Positions 20,839-31,038 of a stretch of 32,867 nt of DNA are shown here, piece after piece. The stretch covers positions 24,377,846 through 24,410,712 of the forward strand of contig NC_068989.1 of NCBI RefSeq assembly GCF_001194135.2, written 5' to 3'. The translations under genes were made by a program, and so were the position numbers. Under the pieces are notes generated by a model. That model worked only from the letters and a program-made list of their open reading frames with translations, was not told the origin of the DNA and searched no databases. The number at the start of each line of letters is the position of its first letter. The first letter of the stretch is position 1. The stretch comes from Octopus bimaculoides. Its lineage: Eukaryota.

Positions 20839-23800
20839 AACACACAACACACACACAAACACATACACACACACACACACAAACACATACACACACAAAC
20901 ACATACACACACAAACATACACACACAAACACATACACACACACAAACACACAAACACATACACACACAAACACACAAACATACACACACAAACACATAC
21001 GCACACACAAATACAAACAAACACAAACACACCAAATAACTGAACAGCTGTTGATTCTTCTGAGCTCATCTGTTGAAATATACACTGAATGTGTGTGTGT
21101 GTGTGTGAACAAACATGACAACATACCTCAGCATAAACTCGACATTCGAAGCTCCAGCCATTGATAGGGATATCAGACTGACTGTATGATAATTTATGTC
21201 CTAAAAAAAACAAACAAAAAAAAATTGTTCTCAAAGCACAAAAATGAACAAATTAAACACAAATCACACACTTATATTCAAACCTTTTGTAAGCATATTT
21301 CTTTCAAAATACATTGTCTTTGTTTCAATTAATTTTGAAAATAATGAACAATTTAGTAAAATGACCACATCAATATTAAGGTAGTGTTTGGAATAGGAAT
21401 TAAGATGAAATTTTGATTGCAAGTTTGTATAAAACCAGGGGCAGTTTCAGATTGTTTGGTATCAAAAAGGGTTAAATAGTCTTTATACATTAAGCAAGAA
21501 GATTTTTTAAAAACTGTTTAGAAATATATACATACCGCACTATCTATAAGGTTAGTTTGTTTCTTTGATTCTATTCGAGGTTGAAAATAGTTCACTCCCA
21601 CGCCACTCATCCCCTATAAATCATATACTTTATATCTAGCTGAAGGGTTTGTCTAAAAGTGGAACATAACTACTTAAAAATGTGACAGAACCTATCAAAA
21701 GAGGGGTGAGTCAACTCCAAAGAGGGACGTGCTCATTGTATGATTAAGAAGTTTGCTTTGTAATCATTGACTCCAGATTCAATTCTGCTTTTGGTACCTT
21801 GAGTAAGTGTCCTCAAACTTTGGAACAATAAATGTCTCTTAAATGAAACTGAGGGAGACAGAAACTGCGAAGAAACCCATTGAAAAGATTGTAGCAATTC
21901 TTGTTCATAGGCTGTAAAGTATAACATTGTTTGGTTTAACATCATTGTCTGATTTTTGACTGCCTTTACCAGACTTCACTAACATATTTGACTATAGTTT
22001 CTAGTCCCAACATAAATCGATGTCTTCAAACACTGCCTCCTATTATAACCCATGAGTTATAGTCCCTTCTCTTTTCTCCCTTCAGTTACAGATGACCACA
22101 CAACAGGTCATGACCACTACCCTTTTCTCACTCTTTACAAATTCAAAAAAAGAAAAAAATATGGTATCTAATATTTACCAACTCAGACCAACATCTGTTT
22201 ATTAATTTTAGTCATTCACTGCCTCTTCATTCTTCACATGCCTTTTCTAGTAATACACAATCTCACTATGATAACTTATCTTTTCAAGAAATAAGAATCT
22301 CACTCATCATCATCATCGTCGTTTAACGTCTGTTTTCCATGCTGGCATGGGTTGGACGGTTTGACTGAGGTCTGAAAGGCCAGTGGCTGCACCAGGCTCC
22401 AGTCTGATCTGGCAATGTTTCTACAGCTGGATGCCTTTTCTAATGCCAACCACTCCAAGAGTCTAGTGGGTGCTTTTTATGTGCCACCAGCACAGGAGCC
22501 AGTCAGGCGGGCCTGGCATCGATCACGTTCGGATAGTGCTTTTTGCATGCCACTGGCACAGGGGCCAGTCAGGTGGACCTGGCATTGGCCACGTTTGGGT
22601 GGTGCTTTTTACGTGCCACCAGCACAGGAGCCAGCTAGTGGGTACTGGCATCAGCCATGTTCTGATGGTGCTTTTTATGTGCCACCGGCACAGAAGCCAG
22701 TCAAGGGGTACTGGCATCGGCCACGTTCGGTTGGTGCTCTTTACGTGCCACCGGCATGGGAGCTAGTCAGGCAGACCTGGCATCGACCACATTTGGATGG
22801 TGCTTTTTACGTGCTACTGGCATGGGAGACAGTCAGGGAAAACTGGCCACAGCTACCATATTGGTTTTACTTGACGCAACAGGTCTTCTCAAGCATATCA
22901 TATCGCCTGACACATCAGGGATACTCTTAACTGCACCAGATATGCATGGCTGCAATCTCACTTACCGAGTCTTCTCAATCACAGCATATCTCCAAAGGTC
23001 TCGGTCTCCAGTCATTGCCTCTGAGAAGCCCAATGTTCAAAGGTCATGCTTCACCACCTCATCCCTTGTCTTCCTGGGTCTACCCCTTCCACAGGTTCCT
23101 TCCACAGTTAGGGAGTGACACTTCCTCACACAGCTGCCCTCATACATACATAACACATGACCATACCAGCACAGTCATCTCTCTTGCACACCACATTTGA
23201 TGCTTCTTAGGCCCAACTTTTCTCTCAGAGTGCTTACTCTCTGTTGTGTATGCACACTGACATTACACGTCCAGCGGATCATACTAGATTCATTTCTTTC
23301 AAGCCTATGCATGTCCTCAGCAGTCATGGCCCATGTTTCACTGCTATATAGCATGACAGTTTGCACACATGCATCATATAGTTTACCATTCATCCTGAGT
23401 GAGAGGCCCTTAGTTACCAGCAGAGGTAGGAGCTCCCTGAACTTTGCCCAGGCTATTCTTATTCTAGATGCTATAGTCTCAGAGCAACCACCCCCACTAC
23501 AGACTTGGTCACCTAGGTAGGGGAAGCTATTAACCACTTCTAGTTTTTTCCCCAGGCATGTGATGGAATTTGTTCTCTATACATCTTCAGTGTTTATTGC
23601 CCCAGTGCATCTGCCACACAAATACAATTTTCTTGGCTAACCTTCCTTTGATATTGCTGCACCTCTTGTGTATCCATAGCTTACACTAGGTACATCGTAT
23701 GGAGTTTCTACCCATGTTTCCTACAGATCGAGCAAGGCCATCTACCTGAAGGTGTTTGTTTTTTGACAGCATTCCTACTTACTAAGACATTGGTTTTTGC

Positions 23801-26800
23801 TAGGTTAACCGTAAGGCCCTTCCAGACCTCCCTGCCACACCCTAAACATTGTCTCTTGTTCTGGCAGTGACTCAGCTATTAGAGCAAGGTCACCAGCATA
23901 GAGAAGCTCCCAGGGGCAGCCCATCTTCAATTCCTCTGTTATTGCCCGGAGGACTACAATGAATAAGAGGGAGCTGAGGACTGATCCTTGGTGAACCCCT
24001 ACTTCTACTCGGAATTCTTCACTATACTAGTTACCAACCCTCACCTTACTGTCAGCATCCCTGTACAGGACTTGTACAGCTCTTGCCAACCACTCATCTA
24101 TCCCCAGTTTCTGCATTGACCACTAGATAAGGGATCAGGGGACCCTGTCAAAGGCTTTCTCCAAGTCAACAAAAGCCAAGTACAGAGGTTTGTCTTTGGC
24201 TAGGTATTTCCCCTGAAGTTGCCTTACCAGAAATATAGCATCAGTGGTACACAAAACCAAACTGCATCTCATCTAGGCTAACTCTCTCCCTAATTAGTTG
24301 GGCTATGACCCTTTCTGTAACTTTCATCACCTGATCCAATAGTTTGATACCTCTGTAGTTATTTCTATCTAAAGTATCACCTTTACTCTTGTAGCAGTCA
24401 TTGGGTATGACTGCTTCATGAACTACCTGATTTACAATGCAGGTGGCAAGACCATAACCCACACTGCCCGATATTTTAAGAATCTCAGCGGTGATTCCTT
24501 TTGGGCCAGGTGCTTTCCTTGTCTTCATATCTTTAATAGATTTATCTACCATGGTTCTGTCGATTCAGGTAGCTGGTCCCTCAATTGGGTCGACCTTTGG
24601 CAGACTCTCCTCCTCCCATTCATTCTCCACATTGAACAGTCTTTCATAATGGTATCTCCAAGCCTCTTTCTTTGCAGAATCATTTAACACAAAGGCACCA
24701 TCCTCCATGCAAAGACATTTCTCTCCTATGACATCACGGTTTTCTCCCACACACTGTCTTGTAATCCGAAATACTTGGTCCTCATGTTGCTGAACATTGG
24801 CAAACTTCTTTTCTGCTCCTCTCTTGGCTATATATACCTGTCTCCTAGCTTCGCTTTCGGCTATCTGATGCATTCTCCTGCTACCTCCACTCTTCCAGGT
24901 CTTCCAAGCCTGTTTCTTAAATCTAATGGCCCTGTCTACAATATTGTTCCACCACCATGTTACCCTAGGTCTGGAAGGGACTTAGCACCAGCCACAGATT
25001 TGGTCTGTGGCACTCAGCAAGCTGTCTTGCAGGAAATCCCAGCTGCCTTCTATGTCACAGGACTGTAGCTCATCCTCCCTATCATCAAATTTCTTAGTAA
25101 GGATATCCTGAAATCTCTGACCATGTGAAGGGTTCTTAAGCTTCCAAGTCCTTCTTTTCCAGATTGGTCAGCTTTTTGGCATCTTTCTGACCTTGTGTTT
25201 AAAGTCACTAATAACTAGTCTATGCTGGGGGGTAACTAATCTATAACCAATCAAAGAATCAATGTTCATGTCATTACTGACAGTATCATGTGTCCATGAT
25301 CAAAACAATTATCAACATTCTAGTCTACTTGAGACATTGGTGCTTAACTGTGTGATATAGTTAACAGTGCTGTGCCCATGACAGCTCTCAATACTACAGT
25401 CCACCTAATATGGTGAGCTGGCAGAATTGTTAGCACACCGAGCAAAATGCTTAGTGGTATTTCATTCATCTTTACATTCCGAGTTCAAATTCCACCAAGG
25501 TCAATTTTGCTTTTCAGCCTTTCAGAATCAATAAAATAAGTACCAGTTGAGCACTGGGGGTCAATGTAATTGACTTACTTCCTCTCTAGAACTTGCTGGC
25601 CTTGTACCAAAATTTGAAATCAATATTACAGGCCACCTAACTGTCAGTAGGTACAATTAGATATAGTTCACCTTACTGTGACTAAAACAAAGACACTTAG
25701 CTCTCAATATCAGTTCACCTTACTATGTCTGCAAACAAGATATCTGATCTCTTTGGTGCCTATCTGTGAGTAGATACCAAACAGCTATGCACGTCGCAAA
25801 ATTGTAAGCAGTGACAGCTATGTAGAATTGGTGAATGTTGACTTGCAGTGCTAAGTTCAATTCTTCGAGTGGGAAAAAGTTGCTTATGATAGAGCACCAT
25901 CTTACCCAGTTTAGAAATTTGTCTCATTTACTTAACGTTTTTGAAACCAGAGATCAGCAATAGCCCAAAATGGAGTATGCAGGTTCAGGAGAGAATCTAA
26001 GATCAAGTATCAAATAATTCTTATTTCTAAAGATATAGAGTAAAGAACATGAAAAGTATACAGTGTTTCTTACCTTTAGCTACCCGGATCATTTGATGGA
26101 CAATGTCTATACCAGTAATACATTCAGTGATTGGATGCTCCACCTGCAATCTAGTATTCATCTCCAAAAAGTAGAAATTTCTCTGAGAATCAACCAAAAA
26201 TTCCACTGTGCCTGAAACCATATTAAAAAAACAATACTACAGCACCAATGAAGAAACTCTACATGATTACTTTATCTCATAAAAATAGTAGCCAAATATC
26301 CCTCAAATCACACACACTATTTAAAAAAAATAAAGACATTGAATGTTGTGCTCAAAAATACATTCATCTTCATCATCATCTTTTAACATCCATCTTCCAT
26401 GCTGGCATAGACTAGACAGCTTGACAAGATCCAACAGGTCAGAGGACTGCATTGTATCCTGCTGTCTGCTTTTGCATCATTTCTACAGCTTGATGCCCTT
26501 CCTAAAATCAGCCACTTTTACAGAGTATACTAGATGCATTTTTTGTGGCACTAGCATTAATGCCTACAAGGAGAAAGACAAGATGGTCAAGGTTGGAATG
26601 TCTCTGAACACAGGTCTGCTCAATAAGGGCTAACTTGGGACTTTGCTGTAAATAAATAGTATTATGTTTATAACACTTTATCACAGCAAATATATGACTC
26701 TAAAAAATGGTTCATACTGAAGTAATTGTATTCTAACTGAAGTGGGAATAGAACGTATTGTCAACCAGGCAAAAGGAATCAAGTAGGGAGTCTCTCCAGG

Positions 26801-29800
26801 GGTTCTCAACCATTTTTTTTTATCAATAGAACCCTTTGATTATTATTTTATTCTGGTGGACCCCCCAGAGCCATTTGATGTTTAAAAACTAGTCTTACAG
26901 GAACTTCTTTCCAAATTCCTATTTTGTTTTTCATACATTGCATAGTTTGAACTATGTAAAATGTTAGAGAAAGAAACTTAGTTGTTTCTTGCAATACATA
27001 CTAATACAAACATCTAAAGCAAAATTTTTTCAGGGGTCCTTAAAATACTGTTGTGGATCTCCAATTTACTATTCTGTTACATGAATCCCACCAAAATCTT
27101 TATGGACCCCAGCTGAGAACCACTGCTCTATACAGTCAGTTGACCCACTAGAAATACCAGCTAAATCTTCTTCAGATCACACTACACTGTCATAAAAAAA
27201 AATGGACATATCTGATCATATAATCTTAGGCATTCAATATCTAGATCAAAGATGGAGTGGTCTCAGAACAGCTTTAACAAAGAGGTCTGTTCAATTACAA
27301 ATGTACTGGGGCTAAACAACAATGGAAACAAACAGAATTACTTATTCTGTCAATGAATGGTAGAATACCTGAGAGGTTGATGATCTGATAAGGTGCTAGA
27401 ATCATCATTATTTTCATCATCACTATCATTTTATATCCAGTTTTCCATGCTTGAATGAGTCAAATGGAATTCAACTCGTGGTGAATTGAGTTGATGATGG
27501 CGGTGGTGGTGGTGAAGATGATACATAACCAAATGGCTACACATTTCTAAAAGAAGGAGAGGTGAGTGAATGGACCGAAGTATATGACTGGTATTATTTT
27601 ATCTATGGCAAAAAAAAAATTTTAAAGAGACAAAATTTATGTTATCTCTGGTTCTGTGCTGAGTCAATGACCAGTATTCACTGGCTCTGTCCAACAGCTA
27701 GAAATAAATATATTATCTAAGCAACAACAACACAACATAATTATCTAAGTTTCATTAGAATGCAGTGCTATGGCTATGTTGTGCAACAGGCCCGAGCCCA
27801 GACTTGCGCACATTGTTGCTCTGTTTCAACCTAAATCTCACAACTGTACTCATGGAGGAGGGGAGATAAATAGCCACAGTTTTACACAACAGCAGGTATT
27901 TTGAAAATACCACATGGTGTGAAAACTGTTCTGCATAGTTATGGGCTGTCCATTCAGTCACCCTGCCAGGGATATGGTGAAGTCATGGGACTGCAGCATG
28001 GTAGATTGTGAAGAGACAGAAGAAGGGCTCAACTGAGAGCTTTTTACATTGATGCTAAGCAGAGGAATCCCAGAAGATCAGGGGTCAGGATCATCAAGCT
28101 CTATAAAGGGAGTAATTGCAATGCATTCATATTGGAGGCATCCATGGTTATGTAATCAGATAATGAAAGATCCACTACTCAAGCTCTCAATTCAAATTGA
28201 TAATAATAGAATTGGATGGCAACAGAGTCACGTAAAAGCAGTAAAAAAGAAACCTACTCAATAGTTGGATATATTTATAATTAAAGAGAGAGAGATGGAC
28301 AGAGACAGAAAGAAAGAACTAGACAACCATAGAAAAACAGTAGGAGAGATAAATAGAAAGACAGTCATACTGAGGGATAGACAAAAATACTGATAGAGAT
28401 ATTAATGAACAATCAGAGTGGGGGTGGAGAGAGAGAGGTAGAGAGTGAGAGAGAGTGAGAGAGAGAGAGGTGGAGAGAGAGAGAGAGAGNNNNNNNNNNN
28501 NNNNNNNNNNNNNNNNNNNNNNNNNNNNNNNNNNNNNNNNNNNNNNNNNNNNNNNNNNNNNNNNNNNNNNNNNNNNNNNNNNNNNNNNNNNNNNNNNNNN
28601 NNNNNNNNNNNNNNNNNNNNNNNNNNNNNNNNNNNNNNNNNNNNNNNNNNNNNNNNNNNNNNNNNNNNNNNNNNNNNNNNNNNNNNNNNNNNNNNNNNNN
28701 NNNNNNNNNNNNNNNNNNNNNNNNNNNNNNNNNNNNNNNNNNNNNNNNNNNNNNNNNNNNNNNNNNNNNNNNNNNNNNNNNNNNNNNNNNNNNNNNNNNN
28801 NNNNNNNNNNNNNNNNNNNNNNNNNNNNNNNNNNNNNNNNNNNNNNNNNNNNNNNNNNNNNNNNNNNNNNNNNNNNNNNNGAGAGAGAGGTGGAGAGAGA
28901 GAGAGAGAGAGAGGTGGAGAGAGAGAGGAGATTAATATAAAATTATACTTAGGTATAGAGATAGGGATGTTTATAAAGCAAGAAAAGGAGGTGGGGAGAT
29001 TAATAGATAAGCAATCACAAATAAGTAGAGAAATTAAGATATTAATGGATAGGATACTTTTTGAAAGATAGACAAATATCAGTCACTTTTTTTCTGTTTT
29101 TCCCTGAAAGCATGGGTTAGCTATATATATTAGTAAAAGCTTTATTTTATTGCCAGATGCTTTACATATTTTGAATCTTTACTAGTTTTTTAAGCAAAAG
29201 GTTTCTTGTTCCATAAGCCTTTGAAAGCACAGAACCAACACATTATTTTCTAATTGGGGAAATGATAATGTCCTCCCTTTAAGCTCAGCAACTTTCAGAA
29301 AAGCACAAATGTAAACACACACATGGATGCACACACATACGCAAGCACACACACGTGTCTAATTTCCTTCTACCAAATTCAATTGTGCAAGGCATTAGTT
29401 GGCCCAGGATTATAGGAGGAGACATTTGCCCAAGGTGCCATGCAGTGGAATTGAATCCATAACCATATGGTTGTGTAGCAAACTTCTTAACCATACAACC
29501 ATGCCAACACCTATATAATACACACACACATCCCAGAACATTTAATTCATTGCACAGTTTAACACCACTTCTTGGTTCTGGATGTTAATACAATTCAGTG
29601 AGTGATAAGCATTCAAACCATGCCATCAAACTAAATATTGATGCTTGTTACTGCAATAACTCAAGAATCAAAGTTTCTTCTTCTCTTTTCTCTTTACAGG
29701 TCTTGGAAATCCTATAAAAAAAATAAGTGGTTGCTGAAGGACCCAGCCCTTCCTCATTTGACTAAAACATAAAAAAGTAAAACAAAAGCGGGAATTGAAA

Positions 29801-30126
29801 TGAATTACCTGCAGAAGAATAATTTACAGCTTTGGCTAATCTCACTGCTTGCTCTCCCATAGCTTTACGTACAGCTGGATCAATAAAAGTACTGGCCAGA
29901 AACAAAAGAAAGAGTTTAAGATCAGCAGATGTTGGTAAAGAGAGAAGTGTTGCTGGGGTAGGACTACAAGTAAACTAGCAAAAGTAATAGATAAGTAGAG
30001 GGGAGGGATGCAATATAGTGTTTAGACATACCTAGGTGCTTCTTCTATCACCTTCTGGTTCCTTCTTTGGATTGAACATTCTCGTTCATTTAAATAGACT
30101 GCATTTCCATGTTGGTCACAGAGTAC
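11355..30126 (-). CDS. PCCA: Propionyl-CoA carboxylase alpha chain, partial (11 spliced exons, 342 codons)
   Basis: Joined exons read [89 protein letters not shown]...[25 protein letters not shown]...[15 protein letters not shown]...[11 protein letters not shown]... All introns are GT-AG and the phases are compatible. The motifs GWxxECRVYAEDP, FGxPSIGRL and [10 protein letters not shown] match PCCA rather than MCCC1, PC or ACC (recalled family motifs). Confidence 0.95.
11543..11645 (-). CDS. PCCA: PCCA exon, 103 nt ([34 protein letters not shown])
   Basis: Acceptor CATTTTGTAG|T, donor CAA|GTAAGT, phase 2 to 0. W.L.VKL resembles the BT-domain strand. Confidence 0.85.
11698..11830 (-). mobile_element. 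RTE 3' tail fragment
   Basis: catcagcatcatt...ttccatgttggcatgggttg...ggatgccctccct..accaaccact. Confidence 0.65.
11915..12300 (-). mobile_element. Full-length tRNA-derived SINE family C with 13-bp TSD
   Basis: The minus head GTGGAGGCGCAATGGCCCAGTGGTTAGGGCAGCGGACTCGCGG...GGTTTGGTTCCC carries A and B boxes. (AACT)n tail. TSD ATAAGGTTACAAT at 11902-11914 and 12301-12313. CpG-rich. Confidence 0.9.
12572..12674 (-). CDS. PCCA: PCCA exon, 103 nt ([35 protein letters not shown])
   Basis: Acceptor GATTACAG|GC, donor GAT GT|GTAAGT, phase 1 to 2. Fits both flanking exons in frame and resembles the PCCA BT-domain helix (L..IAS.L). Confidence 0.88.
13098..13415. repeat. Degenerate interspersed 17-bp motif cluster
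   Basis: TCTTGGCCATGGACACA-like motif at 13101, 13234, 13270, 13346 and 13399. Confidence 0.65.
13523..13633 (-). CDS. PCCA: PCCA exon, 111 nt ([38 protein letters not shown])
   Basis: Acceptor ATTTCAG|GT, donor TTGG|GTAAG, phase 1 to 1. End of the biotin-carboxylase domain. Confidence 0.95.
13835..13985 (-). mobile_element. RTE 3' tail fragment
   Basis: catcatcatc...ttccatactagcatgggttggatggtt...acaaccacttt. Confidence 0.7.
14326..14732 (+). mobile_element. SINE family B, older copy with RTE-type tail
   Basis: ggcacaagtgttgctgtgtggtt...ggttcagtcctactgtgtggcacctt...ggaaactgaaagaagcc, a TG-rich middle, and tail caacccatgcaagcatggaa...atgatgatgg. Confidence 0.8.
15130..16150 (-). mobile_element. 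Older, distinct non-LTR retrotransposon (RTE/RTEX-like) RT fragment, interrupted by a younger insertion
   Basis: Minus-strand remnants in order: [22 protein letters not shown] (to ~15953), then [16 protein letters not shown]...QVDYF.CL.S, LALSKL.IWKSNLS, YGDLP.S.T.RER.L...GHCW...SDLLLW.PK.G. The protein differs from copies A-C and lacks the Cys/His finger. Confidence 0.8.
15671..15950 (+). mobile_element. 5'-truncated RTE 3' UTR inserted into the older LINE
   Basis: Closely matches 10030-10308 and ends in (GAT)n. Putative 5-bp TSD TGAGA at 15666-15670 and 15951-15955. Confidence 0.85.
16329..16404 (-). CDS. PCCA: PCCA exon, 76 nt ([26 protein letters not shown])
   Basis: Acceptor GTTTTGTTTTCAAG|CTT (AAG), donor AAAG|GTACGT, phase 0 to 1. 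Confidence 0.93.
18062..18130 (-). CDS. PCCA: PCCA exon, 69 nt ([23 protein letters not shown])
   Basis: Acceptor ATTTCAG|GTA, donor AAG|GTGAG, phase 0 to 0. Confidence 0.96.
18225..18865 (+). mobile_element. SINE family B, older copy with internal ~87-bp tandem duplication and RTE-type tail
   Basis: The head resembles the 19357 copy. 18502-18577 is nearly identical to 18589-18664. Tail aggaagggcatcc...atggtgatgatg. Confidence 0.75.
18890..18964 (-). CDS. PCCA: PCCA exon, 75 nt ([25 protein letters not shown])
   Basis: Acceptor CTATTTTAG|GAC, donor CAA|GTAAGT, phase 0 to 0. Absent from the ORF track. Confidence 0.95.
19357..19765 (+). mobile_element. Full-length, young tRNA-derived SINE family B
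   Basis: GGTGCAGGAGTGGCTGTGTGGTAAG (A box), GGTTACGGGTTC, CACCTTGGGCAAGTG core, central (TA)/(TG) repeat, CCTGGGGTCGATTTGCTCGAC...GAAACAAGTAAAAGA. Many CpGs are retained. Confidence 0.88.
19983..20300 (+). mobile_element. SINE family B, decayed, with (TG)n(GA)n expansion
   Basis: tgcaggtgtgggctatggtaaagtag...ggttcaatatcactgcatggcacctt...aaactgaaagaaacc. Confidence 0.65.
20763..21031. repeat. (CA)n and compound CA/CAAA/CATA microsatellite
   Basis: Direct inspection. It accounts for the HT- and CV-repeat ORFs in the track. Confidence 0.95.
21127..21200 (-). CDS. PCCA: PCCA exon, 74 nt ([25 protein letters not shown])
   Basis: Acceptor TTTTTTTTAG|GA, donor GAG|GTATGT, phase 1 to 0. Confidence 0.95.
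22307..25235 (-). mobile_element. RTE-clade LINE copy C (5'-truncated, complete 3' UTR with 66-bp array)
   Basis: The minus strand reads [10 protein letters not shown]...[53 protein letters not shown], Cys/His finger, [22 protein letters not shown]. (GAT)n tail at 22307-22318. Confidence 0.95.
22469..22846. repeat. Tandem 66-bp repeat, ~5.7 copies, in the LINE 3' UTR
   Basis: Unit starts at 22469, 22535, 22601, 22667, 22733 and 22799: GGTGCTTTTTA(C/T)GTGCCACC(A/G)GCACAGGAGCCAGTC...CTGGCATCGGCCACGTTCGGAT. Confidence 0.92.
25409..25623 (+). mobile_element. SINE family A, full length, with 17-bp TSD
   Basis: tggtgagctggcagaattgttagc...cgagttcaaattcc...aataagtaccagttgagcactggggg. TSD tactacagtccacctaa (25392-25408) vs tattacaggccacctaa (25624-25640), 15/17 identical. 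Confidence 0.88.
26074..26211 (-). CDS. PCCA: PCCA exon, 138 nt ([47 protein letters not shown])
   Basis: Acceptor TTTCAG|GC, donor AAAG|GTAAG, phase 1 to 1. Contains the catalytic [10 protein letters not shown] motif. Confidence 0.97.
26368..26575 (-). mobile_element. RTE 3' tail fragment
   Basis: catcttcatcatcatc...ttccatgctggcat...ttctacagcttgatgcccttcct. Confidence 0.7.
26797..27125. mobile_element. hAT-type MITE, older
   Basis: TIRs CAGGGGTTCTCAAC and GCTGAGAACCACTG (12/14 match) with subterminal ggacccc motifs. The 8-bp TSD is not conserved (agtctctc vs ctctatac). Confidence 0.7.
28428..28930. repeat. (GA)n tract with 391-N gap (28490-28880)
   Basis: Direct inspection. Confidence 0.9.
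29310..29512 (-). mobile_element. SINE family B head, decayed
   Basis: gacatttgcccaaggtgccatgcagtggaattgaatcc...aaccatacaaccatgcc is the reverse complement of the family-B head. Confidence 0.7.
29809..29891 (-). CDS. PCCA: PCCA exon, 83 nt ([28 protein letters not shown])
   Basis: Acceptor TTTCTGGCCAG|T, donor GCAG|GTAATT, phase 2 to 1. Confidence 0.95.
30032..30126 (-). CDS. PCCA: PCCA exon, 95 nt ([32 protein letters not shown])
   Basis: Acceptor CTACTGTAG|GTA, donor CCTAG|GTATGT, phase 0 to 2. Contains the [12 protein letters not shown] biotin-carboxylase motif. Confidence 0.96.
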
Positions 30127-30174
30127 CTACAGTAGAAAGGTGGGTAAGTAAGTAGGATGTAATGTGGAGGAGAG

Positions 30175-30179
<5 letters not shown>

Positions 30180-30245
<66 letters not shown>

Positions 30246-30593
30246 CTGTGATACTGAATATGTAGCACATTACTGTACTCAAGAAGACCCAGCCACCACA
30301 ACAGAAGTGAGATTCTAAAACCAAGGTGCCACATAAAAAGCATTGGTGTGGGTGCTGGTGCCATGTAAAAAGCACTAGTGCTGGTGTCACATAAAAAGCA
30401 GTGGTGATGATGCCACGTAAAAGCACCCAATACACTCTGTAAAGTAGTTGGTGTTAGGAAGGGCATCTAACTGTAGAAACCAAACCAAAACAAACAATGG
30501 AATCTGGTGTGGACCCTGGCCTAGCCAGTTCCTATCAAACCAGCCAACCCATGCCAGCATGGAAAACAGACATTAAATGTTGAGGATGATGAC
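30180..30593 (+). mobile_element. (GA)n followed by an RTE 3' UTR fragment with ~30-bp repeats
   Basis: aaaagca..ggtg repeats at ~30330-30430, then taaaagcacccaatacactctg...aggaagggcatc...aacccatgccagcatggaaaa...gatgatga. Confidence 0.75.
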
Positions 30594-31038
30594 TTATGTG
30601 TTCCTGTGTTAGGCGACACACAAGGCAGTCAAAGTATTCCAGCATGATCGGTCAGAAGTACCCCAACTGCTGCAATGCTTTTGCACTCTGTTTTTGTAGC
30701 TTGAGATTATTTTTCAGGAACCTGAAGGTCAACCACTTGCAATTGGGAAAGAAAGACCATCATGGAGCTGTCCCTTTTCACTGCTAACTGAAGTCCACCT
30801 TCAGTCACAGACACCTGGCTACTGGTCTTCTTAAGACTCCTCAGTGCTGGCTATTGGCCATTGTTGCAGTTTTTCCACCTGCCTAGAGGTGCAGGGTCAA
30901 CACCACCCCCTTACATGCTTTAGTCTGCCGAGACAGTGTACCAATGTGTGGCACTTGGAGCTAGTATATGAAAGATTTAGTGGGGTGCATGAAAGCTAGC
31001 AATACCTGCCCACCCTCCCAGGTAGGGAGCAGCATGCA

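Noticed and set aside
20686-21234. His/Thr- and Cys/Val-rich ORFs
   Set aside because: These are translations of the (CA)n microsatellite. Only 21127-21200 is a real exon.
22415-22930. 171-aa repeat protein ORF (and 22470-22766)
   Set aside because: It is open only because the 66-bp UTR unit is divisible by 3. It is antisense to the LINE 3' UTR and has no splice or protein-family support.
28445-29071. Long ORFs across N-gaps (also 31191-31566)
   Set aside because: These are artefacts of translating N runs and GA or 22-bp repeats.
30596-31038. Possible coding or LINE 5' segment next to the minisatellite
   Set aside because: It is slightly GC-richer, but I found no recognisable protein motif in any frame and no splice-compatible PCCA match. 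Left uncalled.
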